Shown here one piece after another: positions 19,503-29,064 of a stretch of DNA of 64,000 bases; position 1 is the first letter of the stretch, and the number at the start of each line of letters is the position of its first letter. The position numbers and the translations under genes are program-made. The stretch covers positions 73,852 through 137,851 of the forward strand of contig DBZK01000037.1 in NCBI GenBank assembly GCA_002311135.1. The letters are read 5' to 3'. Under the pieces are notes generated by a model, which saw only the letters and a program-made list of their open reading frames with translations, was not told the DNA's origin and made no database searches. Source of the DNA: Dehalococcoidia bacterium UBA1162. GTDB taxonomy: Bacteria > Chloroflexota > Dehalococcoidia > GIF9 > UBA5629.

Positions 19503-20615
19503 ATGTCAAAATCAATGTTCTCAACAGCACCGGCTAAAATCAAAGCCATAGGCTGCGGCGGCGGCGGCTCAAATGCTATCACCCGCATGGTCCGCGAAGG
19601 GATCAAGGGCGTCGAATTCATCTGCATGAACACCGATGCGCAGGCCTTAGCCTTGGCAGAGGTCCCGGTACGCGTCCAACTCGGTGAAAAACTCACCCGC
19701 GGGCTTGGCGCAGGCGGCGATCACAATGTCGGCAGGAAATCGGCCGAAGAAAGCCGTCAGGCAATCCAGGAAGTGGTCTCCGGCGCTGACATGGTATTCA
19801 TCACGGCAGGCATGGGCGGCGGCACCGGCACAGGCAGCATCCCCGTAGTGGCTGAAGTTGCCAGATCATCCGGGGCACTGACTATTGCCATCGTAACCAA
19901 ACCCTTTGCCTTCGAGGGCGCAAGGCGCATGAAGGTAGCCGAAGATGGTATCCTGCAGCTTTGCGACAAGGTAGATACCCTGGTCATCATACCCAACGAC
20001 CGTATAATCGAACTCTGTGACAACAAAACCACCGTCGACAATGCCTTTCGGTTGGCCGATGATGTATTGAAGCTGGGTGTTCAGGCCATTGCCGAAGTGG
20101 TAACCGTCCCCGGCCTTATCAACCTGGACTTTGCTGACATCAGGGCCATCATGAAGAACTCCGGCCCGGCATGGATGTCCGTAGGCCATGGCAAGGGTTC
20201 CAACAGGGCGGTCGAGGCAGCCAAGGCTGCGCTGGCCAGCCCGATGCTGGACGTTTCCATCAGCGGCGCCAAGGGCGTACTTTTCAACGTAACCGGCGGC
20301 AGCAACCTGACGCTCTTCGAGTGCAACGAGGCAGCCGACGTAATTGCCCAATCAGTCGATCCTGACGCCAACATCATATTCGGCGTGGTCTTCAACCCTC
20401 AGCTTGAGGATGAAGTCCAGATTACCATCATAGCTACCGGGTTTACAGCCCAGTATGGTTCCGGGGTTCCGACCGAGGTTGAACTGCGCAGACTGCTTCG
20501 TGGAGCGACCGAAGACAGCCTTGATGTTCCTTCATTCCTGCGAAGAGGCACGCGTTATCCCAATGCGCAAGCGGGAGCACCTCGCCAGGCAGATATGAGC
20601 AGAATACCTCGCTAA
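19503..20615 (+). CDS. ftsZ: Cell division protein FtsZ
   Basis: GGGGSNA, GMGGGTGTG, INLDFAD, C-terminal LDVPSFLRR. Confidence 0.98.
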   Translation: MSKSMFSTAPAKIKAIGCGGGGSNAITRMVREGIKGVEFICMNTDAQALALAEVPVRVQLGEKLTRGLGAGGDHNVGRKSAEESRQAIQEVVSGADMVFITAGMGGGTGTGSIPVVAEVARSSGALTIAIVTKPFAFEGARRMKVAEDGILQLCDKVDTLVIIPNDRIIELCDNKTTVDNAFRLADDVLKLGVQAIAEVVTVPGLINLDFADIRAIMKNSGPAWMSVGHGKGSNRAVEAAKAALASPMLDVSISGAKGVLFNVTGGSNLTLFECNEAADVIAQSVDPDANIIFGVVFNPQLEDEVQITIIATGFTAQYGSGVPTEVELRRLLRGATEDSLDVPSFLRRGTRYPNAQAGAPRQADMSRIPR

Positions 20616-20647
20616 CATAGTACAATCCAATTAATGCACTGGACCAT

Positions 20648-20683
20648 AAAGAGGTCGGAGAAATTTCTCCGACCTCTTTTATT
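20648..20683 (+). terminator. Intrinsic terminator after ftsZ
   Basis: Perfect inverted repeat AAAGAGGTCGGAGAAA/TTTCTCCGACCTCTTT ending in a T-tract. Confidence 0.9.
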
Positions 20684-20698
20684 ATGTATTGTCAGCCA

Positions 20699-20752
20699 TT
20701 GACTCTTACTATATGTTGTGATAGTATCCTTCTGCACCACACAGTGTAGTGT
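20699..20752 (+). promoter_or_regulatory. nrdR-nrdJ promoter with two NrdR boxes
   Basis: TTGACT-17 nt-TAGTAT; boxes TTACTATATGTTGTGA (20706-20721) and CCACACAGTGTAGTGT (20737-20752), 31 bp apart. Confidence 0.8.
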
Positions 20753-20758
20753 TTGACG

Positions 20759-21298
20759 ATGAAGTGCCCTTCTTGCGGTGAGTTAGAATCTAAGGTGATA
20801 GATTCGCGAAGCCTTGGGGATGAAATAAGGAGGCGTCGTGAATGTATTAAATGCAGGGAGCGCTTCACGACTTATGAGAGGGTCCAGAACAGGGGCCTCT
20901 ACGTAATCAAGAAAGACGGCAGAAGGGAAGATTTCAACCGTGAGAAATTATTTTCAGGGATCCGCAAAGCCTGTGAGAAACGTCCCATGCCGACCGGGAC
21001 CATAGAAAAACTGGTCGAGACTATCGAAACTGACCTGTATCGTCTCGGCAAGACTGAGATCTCCAGCGCTCTGATCGGGAAGATCATTGTCAGCAAACTG
21101 GCCGACATCGATCATATCGCGTATATCAGATTTGCCAGCGTTTACTACGAGTTCTCAGATATCACCACCTTAAAGCAGGCGGTTGATACTCTGATCGAAA
21201 GTAAGCATGGGGCGCCTCTGGATGGACAGTTGCCTCTGATAAATCCCAGGGAAGCCGAAAGGCAAAAACGCAGGGGCAAGAGACAGCAACATGGTTAA
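20759..21298 (+). CDS. nrdR: Transcriptional repressor NrdR
   Basis: MKCPSC...VIDSR...IRRRREC..C.ERFTTYE, ATP cone, AYIRFASVY. Confidence 0.97.
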   Translation: MKCPSCGELESKVIDSRSLGDEIRRRRECIKCRERFTTYERVQNRGLYVIKKDGRREDFNREKLFSGIRKACEKRPMPTGTIEKLVETIETDLYRLGKTEISSALIGKIIVSKLADIDHIAYIRFASVYYEFSDITTLKQAVDTLIESKHGAPLDGQLPLINPREAERQKRRGKRQQHG

Positions 21299-23921
21299 CA
21301 GGCAGTCGAAGAACTATCTATCGGATTCGATGCGCAATTACATTGCGAAGACCGTTTTCACATATATGCAGACACTGGGGTTGGCCGATAGGCATCAGCA
21401 GGAAGACCTGACAGAGCAAGTAATTATGAGGTTGGAGAAGAGTATGTCACTTGAAGAACGCACCCAAACTAAAAAAGTAGAACGAACATTCCCAGGAATG
21501 GAAAACCTGGTTGCTTCAGTGGCTCCACAACCACCCGGCAAGGAACAAATAGAGTCTGCGGTCAACGAGATCCTGGCGGAGAAGACGAGCGCCAAGACCC
21601 CGGCCGAAAGCCCCGCTGCCACGCCTTCCGCCACTCCTGCTATCGTGCCCGCCACCGCTCCCGTTATCCTGCCTGCCACCGGTGAACTGAAGCTAACTGA
21701 AAACGCCCTTATCGTCCTTGAGAAAAGGTATCTGCAAAAAGATGCCCAGGGTAATGTCATAGAAACTCCTGAAGAGATGTTCCGGCGTGTAAGCAGATAT
21801 ATCGCTTCCGCTGAACTCATTTTCGATAAATCTGCCAGGGTTTCCGAGTGGGAAGCCAAGTTCTGTAATCTCATGACGTCGCTGGAATTCCTGCCTAATT
21901 CACCCACTCTCATGAATGCGGGGCGTGAACTGGGGCAACTGTCGGCTTGCTTCGTGCTGCCCATCAACGACACCATGGAGTCGATCTTCGATGCCGTCAA
22001 ATATACGGCTCTTATTCATAAAAGCGGCGGAGGAACAGGGTTCTCCTTCTCACGCATCCGGCCCAAAAATGATAGGGTAGGGTCCACAGGAGGCGTCGCA
22101 AGCGGACCTGTCTCCTTCATGCGCGCCTTCGATATCGCAACAGATGTTATAAAACAGGGCGGCATGCGCCGCGGCGCCAATATGGGCATATTGAACATAG
22201 ACCACCCCGATATCCTGGAATTCATCTCATCCAAGGAAGACCTCAAAGCCTTTACTAATTTCAATATATCGGTGGCCATAACCGACGGTTTTATGCAGGC
22301 CGTTGAGCAGAATGCAGACTACGACCTGATCAACCCCCATAATAAGGAGGTTGTGGGTAAGCTGAACGCCAAAGAGGTCTTCAGCAAAATCGTAGACATG
22401 GCATGGAGGACGGGGGACCCGGGAATAATTTTCCTAGACAGGATCAACGAATTTAACTCGACGCCCAATCTTGGAAAAATAGAAAGCACCAACCCCTGCG
22501 GTGAACAACCTCTACTGCCGTACGAATCATGCAATCTGGGATCGATCAATCTGTCCAGGATGGTCAAACGAGTCAACAGCCACAGCGAAATAGACTACGA
22601 CAGGCTCAGGGAGGTTATCAAGCTGGCGGTTAGATTCCTGGATGATGTGATCGAGGTCAACAAGTTCCCCCTGGAGCAGATCAAGGAGATGACACGTAAA
22701 ACCCGCAAGATCGGACTGGGGGTAATGGGTTTCGCCGATATGCTGATTCAGTTGCAGATACCCTACAACTCGGATCGTGCGCTCGAGACTGCCGAGGCAA
22801 TGATGCGTTTTATTTCGGAAGAAGCTACCAAGGAATCCGAATCATTGGGAATGTCCAGGGGAACCTTCCCGGCTTTCAACGGCAGCATATATGACACCCA
22901 GAACGGTCCTAAGGTGAGAAATGCCAACAGGACCACCATCGCGCCGACGGGCACTCTAAGCATAATCGCCGGCTGCTCCAGCGGTATTGAGCCTCTTTTC
23001 GCCTTGAGTTACTTCCGCAATATACTGGATGGTCAGACGTTAATCGAGGTCAACCCCTATTTTGAGGAAGCGGCAAAGAAAGATAGTTTCTACTCGGCCG
23101 AGCTTATGCAAAAGCTGGCAGAGGGAGAGAAATTAAATTGCATTCCTTCGGTCCCCGATAAGGTCAAGGATGTTTTCGTAACTTCGCATGATATCTCGCC
23201 CGAATGGCATGTGAAAATCCAGGCTGCCTTCCAGAAATATACTGACAGCGCCGTTTCCAAAACGGTGAATCTGCCCCACGAAGCAACCATAGAAGATGTG
23301 AAAAATGTCTACCTTATGGCTTATAAACTCGGCTTGAAAGGCATCACAATTTACAGGGACAGGAGCCGGGACAGCCAGGTTTTGAATACAGGCCAGAAAG
23401 AAGCCGTAAAAGAAAAAGAGACGGATAAGGAAGCAGACGCCGAAGCCAGGCTTTCCCCACGACAGAGGCCCAAGATCACCAGGGGCATTACCGAACGTGT
23501 AACGACCGGCTGCGGTTATATCTATGTTACGGTTAATTTTGATGACAAGGGCATATGTGAAGTTTTTTGCAGCCTGGGTAAAGCCGGAGGTTGCGCTTCC
23601 GCACAACTTGAAGCTACCAGCCGGCTCATCTCGCTTATTTTCAGATCGGGCATCGATGTCGGCTCAGTCATAAAGCAGCTCAGGGCCATTCGCTGCCCTT
23701 CGGTTTCATGGGAACGCGGACGAGCGATATTGTCCTGTGCCGACGCCATCGGCAGCGTACTCGAAAAATACGTGAAAAAGGATGAAGACCTTGTCCCCAT
23801 AAAAAATATCGGTCAGTCCTCAGGAAGCTCTAACGGGCAATGCCCCGACTGCGGCAATCTGCTGGTATATCAAGAGGGCTGTCACATTTGCCCGAGTTGC
23901 GGCTATACTAAATGTGGATGA
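21291..23921 (+). CDS. nrdJ: Class II (adenosylcobalamin-dependent) ribonucleotide reductase with C-terminal TSCPD/Zn ribbon
   Basis: PNSPTLMNAG, QLSACFV, TNPCGEQPL, CNLGSINL, TIAPTGT; C-terminal LSCADA, CPDC...CPSCGYTKC; no small subunit nearby. Confidence 0.93.
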   Translation: MVNRQSKNYLSDSMRNYIAKTVFTYMQTLGLADRHQQEDLTEQVIMRLEKSMSLEERTQTKKVERTFPGMENLVASVAPQPPGKEQIESAVNEILAEKTSAKTPAESPAATPSATPAIVPATAPVILPATGELKLTENALIVLEKRYLQKDAQGNVIETPEEMFRRVSRYIASAELIFDKSARVSEWEAKFCNLMTSLEFLPNSPTLMNAGRELGQLSACFVLPINDTMESIFDAVKYTALIHKSGGGTGFSFSRIRPKNDRVGSTGGVASGPVSFMRAFDIATDVIKQGGMRRGANMGILNIDHPDILEFISSKEDLKAFTNFNISVAITDGFMQAVEQNADYDLINPHNKEVVGKLNAKEVFSKIVDMAWRTGDPGIIFLDRINEFNSTPNLGKIESTNPCGEQPLLPYESCNLGSINLSRMVKRVNSHSEIDYDRLREVIKLAVRFLDDVIEVNKFPLEQIKEMTRKTRKIGLGVMGFADMLIQLQIPYNSDRALETAEAMMRFISEEATKESESLGMSRGTFPAFNGSIYDTQNGPKVRNANRTTIAPTGTLSIIAGCSSGIEPLFALSYFRNILDGQTLIEVNPYFEEAAKKDSFYSAELMQKLAEGEKLNCIPSVPDKVKDVFVTSHDISPEWHVKIQAAFQKYTDSAVSKTVNLPHEATIEDVKNVYLMAYKLGLKGITIYRDRSRDSQVLNTGQKEAVKEKETDKEADAEARLSPRQRPKITRGITERVTTGCGYIYVTVNFDDKGICEVFCSLGKAGGCASAQLEATSRLISLIFRSGIDVGSVIKQLRAIRCPSVSWERGRAILSCADAIGSVLEKYVKKDEDLVPIKNIGQSSGSSNGQCPDCGNLLVYQEGCHICPSCGYTKCG

Positions 23922-23954
23922 TATGCTACATTAGCATGAAGGGGTGGAAGATGT

Positions 23955-25376
23955 ATGGATGCTACTGAAAATCGCTGTACTCTTGCATTTAAACAAATAG
24001 GTAAAGTAATCAACAGCGATTTGCCTTTTAAAAAGCTTATGAACTTGATAGCCGCCAGCGCGGCGCGGGCGCTGCAGGCGTCTGGGTGCGCTATTATGGT
24101 GCTCAATCCTCAACGTGAATATCTCGATATCATCGGCGCCTCTGGGCTGAGCGACGTCTATTTACGCAAAGGAGCATTGAACGCCCGCAAAAGCTACCCG
24201 GAGATCCTGGACGGCAAGACTGTAGCAGTTGAAGATTTTTTAGCCGATAAAAGAACTCAGTTCCCCGAGCAGGCGGCCAAGGAAAACCTTAAGTCACTGC
24301 TGGGTGCGCCCATTTTGCAAAAAGAGGAGGTGCTGGGGGAGATCAGGATCTACACGCATGAAAAAAAGCACTTCAAACCGCATGAGAGAGACTTCATTGC
24401 CACCGTGGCCAATATCATTGCGGTGACGCTGGAAAAAAATGAACTGTACCAGTACTTAAATACACACCATGAGACCAAGGTTACGCAGCAAAAAAAGCTC
24501 ACCAGCTTCTCCCACCTCCCTTTAAAACCGGTGCGTCCGACAACCTTCAGCCACCCCAGCGAAGAAGAGTTTGCCAGGCTGTTGGATTTTTACCAGGTGG
24601 AATGGCTGTACGAGCCGCGTTCATTCCCGTTGTCCTGGGAAGATAAGAGGATTACCGAGATGTTCACTCCGGATTTCTACCTGCCTGAGATCAATTTGTA
24701 CATCGAGTTAACTACTTCCAAGCAAAGCCTTATCACCGAGAAAAATCGTAAGCTGCGCCAGCTCAAGGAGCTCTATCCGGATGTCAACGTAAAACTGCTC
24801 AATAAAGCCGATTACCTGAAGCTGTTTGTTAAATACGATTTTATACCCCTTGGTGAAAATAAAATGAATGGCGTGCAGAAGTATCTATTCAATAAGACCC
24901 AGATCGACAGGCGCGTTAAGTCGCTGGCGAAACAGATATCCAAGGAATACCAGGGGAAGGACCTTATTCTGATAGGTATTCTGAAGGGGGTTATATGTTT
25001 TATTTCGGACCTTATGCAGAATATATCTATACCCCTTGAATGCGATTTCATGGCGATATCGACCCCCCAGGGCAAGTCCGATTCACCGATCAAAATAACT
25101 AAGGACCTGGATATAGATATTAAAGGCAAACATGTACTGATGGTGGAAGATATAATCGATACGGGGATGACCTTAAACTATATATTAAACTATCTTGCGA
25201 CCCGCAAGCCGGCGAGCTTAAAGGTATGTACGCTACTGGATAAGAGAGTCAGGCGTTTAATCGATGTGCACCTTGACTATATCGGATTCGAGATACCGGA
25301 TGAATTTGTCGTGGGCTATGGGCTGGATGTCAGAGGGAAATACCGTAACCTGCCGTTTATAGCGATTTTAGAATAA
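23955..25376 (+). CDS. Fusion protein: GAF domain + PD-(D/E)xK-like domain + hypoxanthine phosphoribosyltransferase domain
   Basis: N-terminal GAF (LKSLLGAPI...LGEIRIYT); middle SEEEFARLLD..WLYEP..FTPDFYLP..YIELTT; C-terminal GILKG, VEDIIDTG, FVVGYGLD, YRNLP. Confidence 0.85.
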   Translation: MDATENRCTLAFKQIGKVINSDLPFKKLMNLIAASAARALQASGCAIMVLNPQREYLDIIGASGLSDVYLRKGALNARKSYPEILDGKTVAVEDFLADKRTQFPEQAAKENLKSLLGAPILQKEEVLGEIRIYTHEKKHFKPHERDFIATVANIIAVTLEKNELYQYLNTHHETKVTQQKKLTSFSHLPLKPVRPTTFSHPSEEEFARLLDFYQVEWLYEPRSFPLSWEDKRITEMFTPDFYLPEINLYIELTTSKQSLITEKNRKLRQLKELYPDVNVKLLNKADYLKLFVKYDFIPLGENKMNGVQKYLFNKTQIDRRVKSLAKQISKEYQGKDLILIGILKGVICFISDLMQNISIPLECDFMAISTPQGKSDSPIKITKDLDIDIKGKHVLMVEDIIDTGMTLNYILNYLATRKPASLKVCTLLDKRVRRLIDVHLDYIGFEIPDEFVVGYGLDVRGKYRNLPFIAILE

Positions 25377-25498
25377 AAAAAGCCCCAAGTAACCTCAGTA
25401 TCCCGGTTCCTCATCTTCCCCCCTTACACTATTCGGCCTTCGCCTACCTCGTGCTAGGGACCTCAGCCTCCCCGTTCCAACTTTGATTACTTGGGACA
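25375..25498 (-). ncRNA. Candidate stand-alone small RNA (~120 nt, rod-like with a central purine-rich bubble)
   Basis: Own promoter; 5' GUCCCAAGUAAUC pairs with 3' GGUUACUUGGGGC followed by a U-run; inner stem and hairpin; no ORF. Confidence 0.65.
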
Positions 25499-25504
25499 TT
25501 TTCA

Positions 25505-25533
25505 AAATTAGCACATAAACGCATATATGTCAA
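25505..25533 (-). promoter_or_regulatory. sigma70 promoter of the candidate sRNA
   Basis: Minus strand TTGACA-17 nt-TAATTT with an extended TG. Confidence 0.7.
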
Positions 25534-25592
25534 TACCCCATTTACGTTCAATAAAATATATTTTACAAAAATTTTATTAATATTTACCGGGC

Positions 25593-26372
25593 TCAAGTTA
25601 CCAGTAAGGATATCAAATTAGATATTTCCCGGCCCCACAATAAAGTAACGACCGCACCCGACGCTAGAAAAAGCGCAAAGGGAATAGGCTGGTTAAGCTT
25701 CCAAAGTTTGAGTATTACCATCAGTATAACCGTCAGGCCGCCCATCAAAACCGCCACGTATATGGCTGCGGCGACCAGCGGAAAACCAACCATAAGGCCG
25801 ATTAACCCTCCCATTAGGACATCACCGAATCCAATTACTACTTTTTTTATCAGCCAGGCTATGCACCAGATTAAAAAGAAAAAACCAAAGCCTGCGATAA
25901 ATCCGATGCCTGCGCCGATTATGTCGGGTGATAAACCTGCCAGGATTTTGACCAATGTGATTATGAGGACAATCCCAATGGACGGATAGATAATTATCCC
26001 CGGCAAAAAGCCGCTCTCCAGGTCTGTAATAGACAGTACTATCAGGATGCAAATGTAGAGAAGGACAACCGGCAACTGCCACTGCAGACCTAGCACGGCC
26101 CATGCCAGCACAAAGAGCAACCCGGTGATCAGCTCCACCAGCATCGACCTCAGTGGTATGCCGGCGCCACAGTAACGGCACCTGCCCTTTAAAACTAAAT
26201 AGCTGACGACGGGTATCAAGTCCCTTGCTTCCAATACATGACCGCAATTGAAACAATGCGAGGGGGGGGACACAATGGATTTACGCTGCGGCACCCTGTC
26301 TGCCACGACATTCAAAAAACTGCCAAAGCTAATGCCTATCAAGAATAAAATAAACGCTAAAATAATTTCCAA
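25593..26372 (-). CDS. pilD: Prepilin peptidase / N-methyltransferase (A24)
   Basis: GSFLNVV, CFNC and CRYC Zn motifs, ITDLE and GFGD aspartates, IPFALFL. Confidence 0.93.
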   Translation of the reverse strand: MEIILAFILFLIGISFGSFLNVVADRVPQRKSIVSPPSHCFNCGHVLEARDLIPVVSYLVLKGRCRYCGAGIPLRSMLVELITGLLFVLAWAVLGLQWQLPVVLLYICILIVLSITDLESGFLPGIIIYPSIGIVLIITLVKILAGLSPDIIGAGIGFIAGFGFFFLIWCIAWLIKKVVIGFGDVLMGGLIGLMVGFPLVAAAIYVAVLMGGLTVILMVILKLWKLNQPIPFALFLASGAVVTLLWGREISNLISLLVT

Positions 26373-26376
26373 GTGA

Positions 26377-28845
26377 TTAATTACTTCCAGGTATCTTTGA
26401 TTCTCTATCCATCAGGCCGCCGACTATGGCTTGCCTCTCGGTTTGAAATTCGCTGTGATTGCTCAACATAGCATTAACCACACCTGCCAGCAGGGTAATA
26501 TCCTCGTCCGGCACTATTTCGGCCGATTTCCCAAATGCCTGCACAGAGTCCTGGTAGTCCCTGCCGTAGACATCGGTAATACCCAGCAACATATATCCTT
26601 TCCAATCGCTTCCATCACTATTAAGGTGGGATTTTAAAGCGCCTATCACCGAATTTATGTCACTGGTCCTGTAAGTGGTCAACATACTGCAAAAATTAAT
26701 ATAGTAGCTTATATCTTTCACGTCTTTGACCGGCGTGATGATAAAATCGGCCGCTGCCTGTTTATCGCCATTATATATTTCCAGCAATCCCTGAAAAAAT
26801 GACGTCTGAATCCACAGCGGATCGCTTTTAGCCGAGTCGGCCAATTTTTGTGCCGCCGCCGGATAATCTCCTTTGAAGATCAGGGCCAGTGCCCATTTGT
26901 TCAGGATCACCGCATTTGCCGGGAATATCCGGTCGGCTTTTTCATAAAGCCCGATGGCATCATCAAATTTATCCTTATTGCCGTTTAGAGCCCAGTAGAC
27001 ATCCACGTCAGCCAGCCTGTAATACCAGATAGCCATGGCCGGGTCCACGCGGATTGCATCGTAATAAGCTGACTCACTTAGGGAAAGCAATTTTGCTTTC
27101 TCCTGGGGGTCGCTGCTCCCCTGAGCCATCATATAAGCCAGGTCACCCACGAAGTTGTGATAATAGGATTGCTGGGGTTCGATCCTTGCCGCCTCAGTGT
27201 ACATGGCCATAGCGGCATTCTTGTCTTTGTTATAGAGGGTCAATCCGCTTTGAATATAGGTGTTTGCCAGTAAAGGAGTTGCCGTAAGGCCGGCTCCAAT
27301 AGCAATAAATATCATAATTACGATCATCGAGATGAGTTTTTTTATCAGGCCGGGGCCTGTTTCCGCAGCGTTCTGCCCTTCCTCTTCTACATCGACAGGC
27401 TGCTTCGGCAGGGTAATTTCTCCCTCTGAGTGGATTCGAATCTCGGCCACTGTTAATGCCAAAAACAGCCAGAATACCAGCTCAGCCGTAATGACCGAAG
27501 GGTCGAAAAATACGTGCGCACAGTATTGCACAATGGCGGCGATGAAGGCTGATATAAGCAGGATTGAATTTCTCTCTCTGCTTCGCAGCAGGTATTTAAA
27601 GCCCTTGTAGAAGAAGATGCCCAGAATCACTAGAAAAGCCAGCAAACCCAGGATGCCCAACGTCAGTGCCAGGTACAGGTAATGGTTTTCGGGCTGCGAG
27701 ATTACCAGTGATTCAAAAGTATATGTAGCTTTCCAGGCGGGGGGAAACCTGGTTTGGGACATGGCTATGAAGGTCTCGGGCCCATATCCGATGAGCGGCC
27801 TTAAGAAGTGCCAATTATCCTGTAGATAAGGGATCTCAGGTGATTGAGTAATTACCTCTACAGCGCACTGCCATGTTTGCAGACGGATGGGCAAAGTTCC
27901 CAGCCCTACCTGTTCGGCCATTGTGGCATTTTGAGTGCGGCTCTCACCGGGTAAAACACCGTTCTCCGGGATAATCATCTGACCGAGCAGAACTAGCGCA
28001 ACCAGCACTATAAACAGGAGGGACAAAATACTGAGACCCATGGTTGTCTTTCTTTGCAGGAAAATGCCGACCAGCACAAAGAAGGTAAAAATGCCTATTA
28101 TGAATAACAGCAGGGTGATGGAATATTGCGCCAGCGCCAGGCAACACATCTGCAGGACAAATACCGCCAGCAGTCCGACGAACCTGATCCACTTCACTGT
28201 TCTGGATAACGGTGCATACCAGGTCAGTATGATTAAAGCCAGTGTGACCGGCAAGATCATGGCTATGAAGCCGCTTAACGATAGTGGGTTGCCATCGATA
28301 GACACCACCCTGCCGCCCAGTAGACCCCAGGGAGCAAGGAAAAATTGCACTATGCCGATCAAACAAACTATGGCTGAAGCTATCACCAGCGCATACAAAG
28401 CACGGTAAACCTGCTTGCGTGACCTTATTTTCTGTGACACGATCAGGAAAAAAATGATCCATGATATATTGGGGAGCAGTCCCACGCTGCCGGCCAGGTT
28501 CCCCCACAGACTCTTATAGGGCATGATCGAGCAGACTGTCGATATAATCCATATCAAACCGAAGCTTACTACAGCAACCTGCAGCGGCGATCCTTTTACC
28601 CTTTTTAGCAGGCCTTTCCAACTGATTTCATGCTTGGAAAGCAGCCACTGAGCCAATACCAGGCCCAGTAACATACACACTAAAAATACCAGGACAAGCG
28701 ATTTAACAAAATAATAAGGATTGAGGCAAAAGGGATCGTAAGCAAGCGGAACCAGGAAGATCGTCAGCAGCCATACATATTCAATGGCTTTCTCCAGCCC
28801 GTTATATAAATTGCTGTTTCGATTGCCGGTTAATTCCATTCGCAC
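26377..28845 (-). CDS. O-antigen ligase/oligosaccharyltransferase-like membrane protein with a C-terminal TPR region
   Basis: Many TM helices, GNP, R..TW, IGYGPETF, ENHYLYLALTLGILG, TPR-like helices; lies in the pilus locus. Confidence 0.8.
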   Translation of the reverse strand: MRMELTGNRNSNLYNGLEKAIEYVWLLTIFLVPLAYDPFCLNPYYFVKSLVLVFLVCMLLGLVLAQWLLSKHEISWKGLLKRVKGSPLQVAVVSFGLIWIISTVCSIMPYKSLWGNLAGSVGLLPNISWIIFFLIVSQKIRSRKQVYRALYALVIASAIVCLIGIVQFFLAPWGLLGGRVVSIDGNPLSLSGFIAMILPVTLALIILTWYAPLSRTVKWIRFVGLLAVFVLQMCCLALAQYSITLLLFIIGIFTFFVLVGIFLQRKTTMGLSILSLLFIVLVALVLLGQMIIPENGVLPGESRTQNATMAEQVGLGTLPIRLQTWQCAVEVITQSPEIPYLQDNWHFLRPLIGYGPETFIAMSQTRFPPAWKATYTFESLVISQPENHYLYLALTLGILGLLAFLVILGIFFYKGFKYLLRSRERNSILLISAFIAAIVQYCAHVFFDPSVITAELVFWLFLALTVAEIRIHSEGEITLPKQPVDVEEEGQNAAETGPGLIKKLISMIVIMIFIAIGAGLTATPLLANTYIQSGLTLYNKDKNAAMAMYTEAARIEPQQSYYHNFVGDLAYMMAQGSSDPQEKAKLLSLSESAYYDAIRVDPAMAIWYYRLADVDVYWALNGNKDKFDDAIGLYEKADRIFPANAVILNKWALALIFKGDYPAAAQKLADSAKSDPLWIQTSFFQGLLEIYNGDKQAAADFIITPVKDVKDISYYINFCSMLTTYRTSDINSVIGALKSHLNSDGSDWKGYMLLGITDVYGRDYQDSVQAFGKSAEIVPDEDITLLAGVVNAMLSNHSEFQTERQAIVGGLMDRESKIPGSN

Positions 28846-28908
28846 CCATGCCGGGACACACAGATTTTCACTTATTATACTATGCCGCGGGCAATCTTGG
28901 ATTACAGG

Positions 28909-28989
28909 AAATGTGACCTTAGTACTATAAAAATGTGACCAATTGGCTATTTACATTACGATCGTGGGAAGTATAATTGGATCGTGGGA
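28909..28989 (+). promoter_or_regulatory. pilA promoter with two pairs of direct repeats
   Basis: AAATGTGACC at 28909 and 28931; TTTACA-16 nt-TATAAT; GATCGTGGGA at 28960 and 28980. Confidence 0.6.
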
Positions 28990-29064
28990 CAAAAATAGAT
29001 AGTAGATTAACGTAGCCGGTCAGGTCGATCCGGCTAGTTGAGCAGCTAATTTAGGAGGTAAACT

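Noticed and set aside
20616..21290. Cobalamin riboswitch for nrdJ
   Set aside because: The intergenic space is filled by the terminator, promoter and NrdR boxes; no B12-box seen
25375..25498. Assignment of the sRNA as SRP RNA, tRNA or a riboswitch
   Set aside because: No SRP helix-8 motif, no cloverleaf, and no downstream gene on its strand
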